Notes under the pieces: model-generated
Database searches by the model: none
Told to the model about the DNA's origin: nothing
What the model saw: only the letters and a program-made list of their open reading frames with translations
Source: Gemmatimonadota bacterium
GTDB lineage: Bacteria > Gemmatimonadota > Gemmatimonadetes > Gemmatimonadales > Gemmatimonadaceae
Direction of reading: 5' to 3'
DNA: 62,099 bases
Assembly (NCBI GenBank): GCA_028876725.1
Contig: JAGWRB010000044.1
Location: 1 to 62,099 of the forward strand
Part shown: positions 53,508-62,099 of the stretch, piece by piece
Numbering within the stretch: position 1 is the first letter of the stretch
How the letters are laid out: each line of letters begins with the position of its first letter
Made by a program: the position numbers and the translations under genes

Positions 53508-54514
53508 GGCTTCTCCCGGTGGCCGCCAAACGCGGCCCGCATGGCGGATAGCAACCTATGGGCGTAGTCGGCCTCGCCCCGCGACGAGAACCGTTCGTAA
53601 AGGGCTGTGGTGAGCACGGGTGTCGGAACCGCCTCGTCGATCGCGGCCTTGACGGTCCAACGCCCCTCACCGGAATCGGACACCCGACCCGCGAATTCTG
53701 TGAGGTCGGGGGAATCGAGCAGCGCTTCGGCCGTCAAGTCAAGGAGCCAGGACGACACGACACTTCCGCGGCGCCAGAGCTCGGCGATCTCGCCGAGGTC
53801 GAAGTCGTACTGGTAGTGCTCGGGATGGCGGAGGGGCGTGGTCTCGGCGTCGTGTTCCTGTGACGCGCGTCCGACGTTGGCATGTCGCAGAACGTTCAAC
53901 CCTTCGGCGTAGGCCGCCATGAGGCCGTACTCGATGCCGTTGTGCACCATCTTGACGAAATGCCCGGCGCCGGGCGGCCCACAGTGCAGGTAGCCGAGGT
54001 CGGCGGTGCCGGCTCGTGCGCCGCGGCGCGGTATCGGCGGTACAGAATCCTTTGGCGGCGCCAGCGCTGCGAAAATGGGATCCAGATACTGCACGGCGTC
54101 GATCTCACCGCCGATCATCTGACAGAAGCCGCGTTCCAGCCCGAACACGCCACCGCTCGTCCCGACGTCCACGTAGTGAATGCCACGGGCGGTCAGGTCG
54201 TGCGCACGCCGCCGGTCGTCCACGTAGTACGAATTCCCGCCGTCCACGATGATGTCGCCAGGTGCCAATTCGGGGGCCAGGTCGGCGATAGTCCCGTCGA
54301 CAACCGCCGCAGGCACCATCAGCCACACCACCCGGGGAGCCTCGAGCCGCTGCGCCAGGTCAGCGAGGGACGTCGCGCCCTCGGCGCCCTCCCGGACCAG
54401 GCGCTCGACCGCCGGTTGGGCGCGGTCGAACACCACCGCCTCGTGTCCGCGCCGCCGCATCCGGCGCACCATATTCGCGCCCATGCGGCCGAGACCGACC
54501 ATTCCAATCTTCAT
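53504..54514 (-). CDS. gnd: 6-phosphogluconate dehydrogenase, decarboxylating (short Gnd-like form)
   Basis: 336 aa with [22 protein letters not shown] and [11 protein letters not shown]. Confidence 0.85.
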   Translation of the reverse strand: MKIGMVGLGRMGANMVRRMRRRGHEAVVFDRAQPAVERLVREGAEGATSLADLAQRLEAPRVVWLMVPAAVVDGTIADLAPELAPGDIIVDGGNSYYVDDRRRAHDLTARGIHYVDVGTSGGVFGLERGFCQMIGGEIDAVQYLDPIFAALAPPKDSVPPIPRRGARAGTADLGYLHCGPPGAGHFVKMVHNGIEYGLMAAYAEGLNVLRHANVGRASQEHDAETTPLRHPEHYQYDFDLGEIAELWRRGSVVSSWLLDLTAEALLDSPDLTEFAGRVSDSGEGRWTVKAAIDEAVPTPVLTTALYERFSSRGEADYAHRLLSAMRAAFGGHREKP

Positions 54515-54549
54515 GTCCGTAGGTTCCTTGCGTGCCTAGGGTGGAGGCC

Positions 54550-55556
54550 TCAGCGGCCGATTGCTGAGTGCGCGAAATGGGCCGCGCCCAGCAGCGGCGC
54601 CTCCTCGCACGTGATTACATGCACTGCCACGGTCTCGAGCAGAGCGCTCAGCCGCCCCTTGGCGCGAAACCGAGCCAGAAAGGCGTCGCGCGCCCGCTCC
54701 CGCCAGCTATCGGACGTGCCGGGTGGCCCCACGAGGAGCTTGTGAGCCACGCCGCCGCCCAACCACACGCCGCCGGTCGCCATCGTCCGCAACGCCCAAT
54801 TCCCCGCCTCCGCGCCGTACGCGCCGAGGAAGTACAGCACGGCACGCTGTGCCAGCCCGCTATTTCCGTCCATGGCCGCGTGGGCCACCGCCGCGGCCGG
54901 ATCGCCATCGGCAACCGCCCCCGCCAGCCATGCCGGTTCGTCGGCGCGGTCCCGGTCGCGAAAGAACTCGTAGACATTCCACAGCCCCCGGCCCGAGACC
55001 ACGCGTTCCGCGCTCACGTGAGCGAACCGTTGCCGCAGGTGCCGCACGAGCGCCAGATCCGTCTCATCGTTGGACGCGAAGTCGGCGTGGCCGCCCTCAC
55101 TGGCGAGCGACCGGATGACGCCGTCACCGCGCACGAGGGCCGACATCCCGAGGCCGGTGCCGGCCGCGATCACGGCAAAATTGCCGGCCCCGCGCGGGCC
55201 GGTCTGCAGCGTGACTTGGTCGCCCGCGCCCAGCGCGAGCAGCGACCAGGCCTGGAGCTCCACGTCATTGACCAACGACACTCGGCGAAGCCCCGTCGTC
55301 CGGGCAAGGCGGTTCGCGTCCACCGTCCACGGCAGGTTCGTCGTGTCCACCCGGTCTCCCGACACGGGACCGGCGACGCCGAAGCACGCCGCGTCCAGCC
55401 GGGAGGGGTGCTCGGCGAGGAACGCCGAGATGATCTCGTGGAGCGACGCGTGCTCGCGGCTGGGGTACGATGCCCGTCGCCGCATATGCCAGGTGCCGTC
55501 GGCATGCTCGAGGAGCGCCACGTTGGTTTTGGTGCCGCCCACATCGCAGGCGAGAA

Positions 55557-55560
<4 letters not shown>
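54550..55560 (-). CDS. glk: glucokinase
   Basis: ATG 55560 gives MILACDVGGTKTNVALLE. Also FGVAGPV, NDVELQAW and GGVWLGGGVA. ATGA overlap with the upstream gene. Confidence 0.85.
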
Positions 55561-58235
<2,675 letters not shown>

Positions 58236-58264
58236 GTGAACCACAACAGACGATGCGGGGCAAT

Positions 58265-58290
58265 GGTTCCATTCGGTAACGAACGGAACC
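58265..58290. promoter_or_regulatory. 26-bp inverted repeat in the divergent promoter region
   Basis: GGTTCCATTCG-gtaa-CGAACGGAACC, with 10 of 11 arm positions complementary. It lies between the GH63-like start and the glycosyltransferase start. Confidence 0.3.
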
Positions 58291-58376
58291 AAACGGCGCG
58301 GACGGCGGTTGGCATGCCATCTTGGGGTGCCGAAACGCGGCGCTCCGCTCTCGCGGTTCATGACGGCGGCAACTCC

Positions 58377-59624
58377 GTGATACGAGTTCTCATGTTCGGC
58401 TGGGAATTTCCACCGCACCTCAGCGGCGGGCTGGCCACGGCGACGCTCGGACTGGTCAAAGGGCTGGCCCGCCGCGGCGTGGCGGTGACCCTGGTTGTGC
58501 CGTTCCCGGTCGGCGAACCCGCGATTCCGGGTCTCCGGCTGGTAAGCGGAACGTGGCGGCGCGATCGGGTGCGGAGCATCCGGATTGCCACGCCGGCGCA
58601 GCCCTACGGCGGAACGAGCGCGTATCTGGCGTCCCGCACCTACGCGGCCGGAACGGAAGGGACCGCGGTCTACGGCGCGAATCTGTTCGCGGAAGTCGAC
58701 CGCCTAGCGGGCATCGCCGGAGAGATTGCGCTGGACGAGCCGCACGACGTCATCCACACGCACGACTGGATCACCTACGCTGCCGGGATGGCAGCGCGTG
58801 CGGTGTCCGGCAGGCCGATCGTGGCCCATCTCCACGCAACCGAGTTCGATCGGGCCGGCGACGGGGCGAACCCGTGGATCGCGGCCCGCGAGCGCGACGG
58901 CCTGCGGGGCGCCGATCACGTGATCACCAATAGCCGGGCCGTCAAGCGGCAGGCCCAGGACCGATACGGTGTCCCGGAGGGGCGGGTCACCGCGGTCCAC
59001 TGGGGTATCGACGACGTGTACGAACAATGGACCGGCGGGGGGGCGAGTCCCCTGCCGGCGGACGCGGCGATCGTGCTGTTTCTCGGGCGCGTCACGCGCC
59101 AGAAGGGTCCCGACTACTTCCTCGACGTCGCGGGACGAGTGGCGGCCCTCGTTCCCGAGGCGCACTTCGTGATGGCCGGCACCGGGGATCTGCTGCCGCG
59201 CGCGATCATGCGCGCCGCGGAATCGGGCATCGCAGACCGGGTGCACTTCGCGGGCCCCGTCGGCGGTGCCGAAGTCGATCGGGCGTTCCGGATGGCTGCC
59301 GTCTGCCTGATGCCCTCGGTGAGCGAACCATTCGGTCTGGTCGCTCTGGAGAGTCTGCGAGCCGGCACACCGTGCATCGTGCCGCCCGCGGCCGGCGTCG
59401 CCGAAGTCGCGTCGAACGCGATCAAGATCGACTTCTGGGATGTCGACAAGATGACGCGCACCGTGGTCGACCTGCTGCGCGATCGAGACCGGCGAGAACA
59501 GATCGGCGCCAGGGGGCGGGAGGAGGTGGCCAGCCCGCGATTCTCCCTCGATGAACCGGCGCGCCAGATTGAGGCTGTCTACCGGCAGGCCATCGCCGCG
59601 CACCCCGGGGTAGGGCATGCGTGA
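58377..59624 (+). CDS. glycosyltransferase (GT4/GT5 glycogen-synthase-like)
   Basis: GTG 58377 gives VIRVLMFGWEFPPHLSGGLATA (alternative ATG 58392). Also HTHDW and the C-terminal motif LMPSVSEPFGLVALESL. Confidence 0.8.
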   Translation: MIRVLMFGWEFPPHLSGGLATATLGLVKGLARRGVAVTLVVPFPVGEPAIPGLRLVSGTWRRDRVRSIRIATPAQPYGGTSAYLASRTYAAGTEGTAVYGANLFAEVDRLAGIAGEIALDEPHDVIHTHDWITYAAGMAARAVSGRPIVAHLHATEFDRAGDGANPWIAARERDGLRGADHVITNSRAVKRQAQDRYGVPEGRVTAVHWGIDDVYEQWTGGGASPLPADAAIVLFLGRVTRQKGPDYFLDVAGRVAALVPEAHFVMAGTGDLLPRAIMRAAESGIADRVHFAGPVGGAEVDRAFRMAAVCLMPSVSEPFGLVALESLRAGTPCIVPPAAGVAEVASNAIKIDFWDVDKMTRTVVDLLRDRDRREQIGARGREEVASPRFSLDEPARQIEAVYRQAIAAHPGVGHA

Positions 59625-60870
59625 TGTCTGCCTGTACGCGCAGGTGCACCAGCCGTACCGTCTGCGGCGCTTCCGCTTCTTCGACATCGGAACCGGCCAG
59701 ACGTACTTTGACGAGCGGCAAAATCGCGAACTCCTGCTGCGGATCGCGCACAAGTGCTATCTGCCCACCAATCAGCTGGTCGAGCGGCTGATTCGGGACA
59801 GCGACGGAGAATTCCGCATGGCGTTGAGCCTGAGCGGTACAGTCGTCGAGCAGCTGTCCGCGACGGCGCCGCACGTGCTGGAGAGCTTCCAGCGTGTCGT
59901 CGGCACCGGCGGTGTGGAGCTGCTGTCGGAGACCTTCCACCACAGCCTGGCCAGCCTCGGGCAGACGGCTGAGTTTCGCGAGCAGGTCGAGCTGCACCGG
60001 CGCACCATCGCGCGCCACTTTCATCAGCGGCCCCGGGTATTCCGCAATACGGAACTCATCTACTTCGACGACCTGGCCCCGACGATCGAGGCTCTCGCGT
60101 ACGCGGGCATGCTGGTGGAGGGCGCCGATGGCGTGCTCGGGTGGCGATCGCCAAACCACGTGTACGCGGCCACCGCCGCTCCCGGATTGCGGTTGTTGCC
60201 GCGGAACCATCGTCTGAGCGATGACGTCGGCTTCCGATTCGCCGATCGGCGGTGGGCCCGCTGGCCGTTGACGGCCGACACCTACGCCGAGTGGTTGGCG
60301 GCCTCACCCGGCGACAGCATCCATCTCTTTCTGGACTACGAGACGTTCGGCGAGCACCTGTGGGCCGAGACCGGGATCTTTGAATTCCTGAGGCATCTCC
60401 CCGGGGCCTGCCGGCGCCGGGGGCTCCGGTTCGTGCACCCTTCCACGCTCGCCGAGCGCACGCCCGTGGGCGCGCTGTCATTTCCCCGGCCCACGTCGTG
60501 GGCGGACGAGGACCGTGGAGTCACTGCGTGGCTTGGAAATCCGATGCAGGCAGCGGCGAGGGCCCGCCTGCATCAGGTCGGCGCGGCGGTCGCTGCCACG
60601 GGAAATGCTCAACTACTGTCGGAGTGGCGCCGTCTGACCACGAGCGATCACCTCTACTACATCTGCACCAAGTGGTCGAATGACGGCGACGTCCACCAGC
60701 ACTTCAGTCCGTACGATACACCGTACGACGCATTCGTCACGTTCATGAATGTGCTTCAGGATCTCGAACTGACTGCCGGCGAGGCCGGCGGTCGTGCGTC
60801 TCGCCGATCGCGACTGGACACAGGCGAGCGGGCCGTCCCCGACCGGCATTCCCAATCGGCGCGTGTCTAG
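59617..60870 (+). CDS. glycoside hydrolase family 57 protein
   Basis: YAQVHQPYRLR, LSGTVVEQL and IHLFLDYETFGEH. Overlaps the glycosyltransferase gene by 8 nt. Confidence 0.8.
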   Translation: MRDVCLYAQVHQPYRLRRFRFFDIGTGQTYFDERQNRELLLRIAHKCYLPTNQLVERLIRDSDGEFRMALSLSGTVVEQLSATAPHVLESFQRVVGTGGVELLSETFHHSLASLGQTAEFREQVELHRRTIARHFHQRPRVFRNTELIYFDDLAPTIEALAYAGMLVEGADGVLGWRSPNHVYAATAAPGLRLLPRNHRLSDDVGFRFADRRWARWPLTADTYAEWLAASPGDSIHLFLDYETFGEHLWAETGIFEFLRHLPGACRRRGLRFVHPSTLAERTPVGALSFPRPTSWADEDRGVTAWLGNPMQAAARARLHQVGAAVAATGNAQLLSEWRRLTTSDHLYYICTKWSNDGDVHQHFSPYDTPYDAFVTFMNVLQDLELTAGEAGGRASRRSRLDTGERAVPDRHSQSARV

Positions 60871-60997
60871 GGCCTTGGGTGGCGTCGGGACCCCATGAGG
60901 GACGCCCGACCGGGAACCCGCGCACAGGGATCGTCCGCGCCGAAGCATCGTGGCGGCTCACCCCGCTTCGGTGAACCACCTCCGCCCCCGGCAACAC

Positions 60998-61282
60998 CTA
61001 GATCTCGACCATCCCTTCTGCGCGCAGGGCCCCCGCGACGCGGTCGCGCAGCCCTGCCGGATCGGAGTGTTCCTGCTGCGCGCGGTCAAGAGCGGTGAGA
61101 AACGACCGCTCGAACTCGTACTGCGGGTAGCAACGGGCGCACATCGCGAGATGGCTCTGAATCGCGGCCATACGGTCGGGACTGAGCTCTTCGTCGAGGT
61201 AGTCCCAGAGCTGCTGCATGACGGCCTCGCAGTCCAGCATCTCCGGCCCGTGGGGGTGCTTGTGGCGGCGGAACAGCTTCAT
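60998..61282 (-). CDS. soluble zinc-binding anti-sigma factor (ZAS, RsrA-like)
   Basis: 94 aa with no TM helix. Ligand pattern C18-x25-H44-x3-C48-x2-C51 (LDCEAV...SHLAMCARC). ATGA overlap with the sigma gene. Confidence 0.75.
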   Translation of the reverse strand: MKLFRRHKHPHGPEMLDCEAVMQQLWDYLDEELSPDRMAAIQSHLAMCARCYPQYEFERSFLTALDRAQQEHSDPAGLRDRVAGALRAEGMVEI

Positions 61283-61881
61283 CGGTCGGATCCTCGGTCG
61301 GCTTGCGTGTCGGACGGGGCGTATCCCGCATCCTGTGCGTATGTGAGCAGCGCTTCCTGGAGCAGGCGGCGCCCCCGAAACAGCCGGGAGCGCACGGTCC
61401 CGACCGGGACCTCCAGGACGCGCGCGGCTTCATCGTATTTCATGTCCTGCATGTCGACCAGGATCACGGCACTCCTCAGCACCTCCGGCAGCTCCCCCAG
61501 CGCCCGCTGGATGGCCGGCGCGAGGTCGGCCCTCAGCCACGTTTCTTCCAACGGACTGTTCCGAACGGTATCGTGCACCATCGCCGCCTGACGGGCCTCC
61601 AATTCGGGCGCCTCCAGCGCCACCTCGCGCTGGGCCCTGGCCCTGGAGTTCAGGAATTGGTTTCGGCAGATCGTGAACAACCACCCGCGACACTCCGTGC
61701 CCGGCTCGTATCGATCCCAACTGCGGTATGCCCGCAGGAAGGTTTCCTGCACCAAGTCGTCAGCGTCCGCCTCGTTCCGGGTCAGCGCCAGCGCATACCG
61801 CGTTACGTCAGCCAGGCACACCAGCGCTTCGCGCTGGAATGCCCGGTCTCGGTCGCGCTTCGCATCGGTTTCGTCGTTCAT
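61279..61881 (-). CDS. ECF-type RNA polymerase sigma factor (SigR/SigH-like partner of the ZAS protein)
   Basis: ATG 61881. Region 2 is ADDLVQETFLRAY..ECRGWLFTICRN. Region 4 is MKYDEAARVLEVPVGTVRSRLFRGR. Confidence 0.85.
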   Translation of the reverse strand: MNDETDAKRDRDRAFQREALVCLADVTRYALALTRNEADADDLVQETFLRAYRSWDRYEPGTECRGWLFTICRNQFLNSRARAQREVALEAPELEARQAAMVHDTVRNSPLEETWLRADLAPAIQRALGELPEVLRSAVILVDMQDMKYDEAARVLEVPVGTVRSRLFRGRRLLQEALLTYAQDAGYAPSDTQADRGSDR

Positions 61882-61891
61882 TATAGACGTC

Positions 61892-61917
61892 AACAGTTGA
61901 ATCGCCCGAATGGTTCC
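61892..61917 (-). promoter_or_regulatory. candidate SigR-type autoregulatory promoter
   Basis: Minus strand reads GGAAC (61917-61913), an 18-nt spacer, then GTT (61894-61892), 10 nt upstream of the sigma ATG. Confidence 0.4.
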
Positions 61918-62099
61918 CTCGTCGCCCGGGAGAAACAAGTCGGGGGGCGGCTGACGGAACCAAAGCCGCGGGCTCGCTGTTGCCGCACCGGGGTGGGCGG
62001 CGACGGTCCGCCGGCCCCAATTCCGACGGCCTTTCCGGGGTTTCTCAGTGCAATTCGAACGACTTTCGCCCAGCGGCGACATCAGTCAACTGGACGGGC

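Noticed and set aside
58310-58319. Perfect 10-bp palindrome TGGCATGCCA, which superficially resembles a sigma-54 -24 element (TGGCAC).
   Set aside because: The required GC at the -12 position (GG-N10-GC) is not present; the bases there are TG. A short GC-rich palindrome can easily arise by chance.
61880-61885. TATAAT (minus strand) preceded by TTGACG at the second ECF sigma gene.
   Set aside because: The TATAAT overlaps the ATG itself (TATAATG), and the TTGACG is only 2 nt away from it. The geometry is incompatible with a sigma-70 promoter for this gene.

Overview
High-GC bacterial chromosomal segment (about 70% G+C by eye, not computed). I cannot place the taxon from sequence alone. It is almost fully coding: about 60 CDS and one tRNA-Leu(CAA). 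I found no CRISPR array, transposase, integrase or rRNA. Genes sit in very long co-directional runs, and most junctions are 1-8 nt start/stop overlaps (ATGA/GTGA). Layout from left to right: (1) 7-10491 (+): trpC-trpF-trpB, then a HEAT-repeat protein and an HD-GYP protein, then trpA, a multi-TM GAF/MCP-signalling protein, folB-folK, an HD hydrolase and a LytR_C protein. (2) 10417-12392 (-): rlmN and a putative outer-membrane protein. (3) 12621-27771 (+): aspS, phoH, a 7TM-HD protein, ybeY, two CBS-domain proteins, a MeaB-type GTPase, a split B12 acyl-CoA mutase with a methyltransferase between its subunits, an MccB/AtuC-type carboxyltransferase and an AtuA (DUF1446) pair. (4) 27848-39985: a DUF1080-like exported protein, a double-module U32 enzyme, recQ, an acyl-CoA dehydrogenase, RNase E/G, rplU-rpmA, a GDPD, and an ECF sigma/anti-sigma/LTXXQ triad. 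(5) tRNA-Leu followed by a complete merR-T-P-A-(C-like) mercury operon (-). (6) A roughly 14-kb minus-strand sugar operon: GH63-like, glk, gnd, zwf, a histidine phosphatase with an in-frame TGA, pgl, tkt, pgi, tal and a glycogen debranching enzyme. (7) A divergent glycosyltransferase plus GH57 pair. (8) An RsrA-type anti-sigma/ECF sigma pair. The most unusual items are these: a translationally coupled HEAT/HD-GYP pair splits trpB from trpA, and its two proteins share an N-terminal module. The mutase carries isobutyryl-CoA-mutase-type specificity residues. One methyltransferase gene has no canonical start codon. A histidine-phosphatase gene carries an in-frame TGA. The 454-nt gap upstream of RNase E/G shows codon periodicity. 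The mer and sigma promoters can be read directly from the sequence. Many ORF-track entries are long antisense or out-of-frame ORFs typical of high-GC DNA, and I did not call them.
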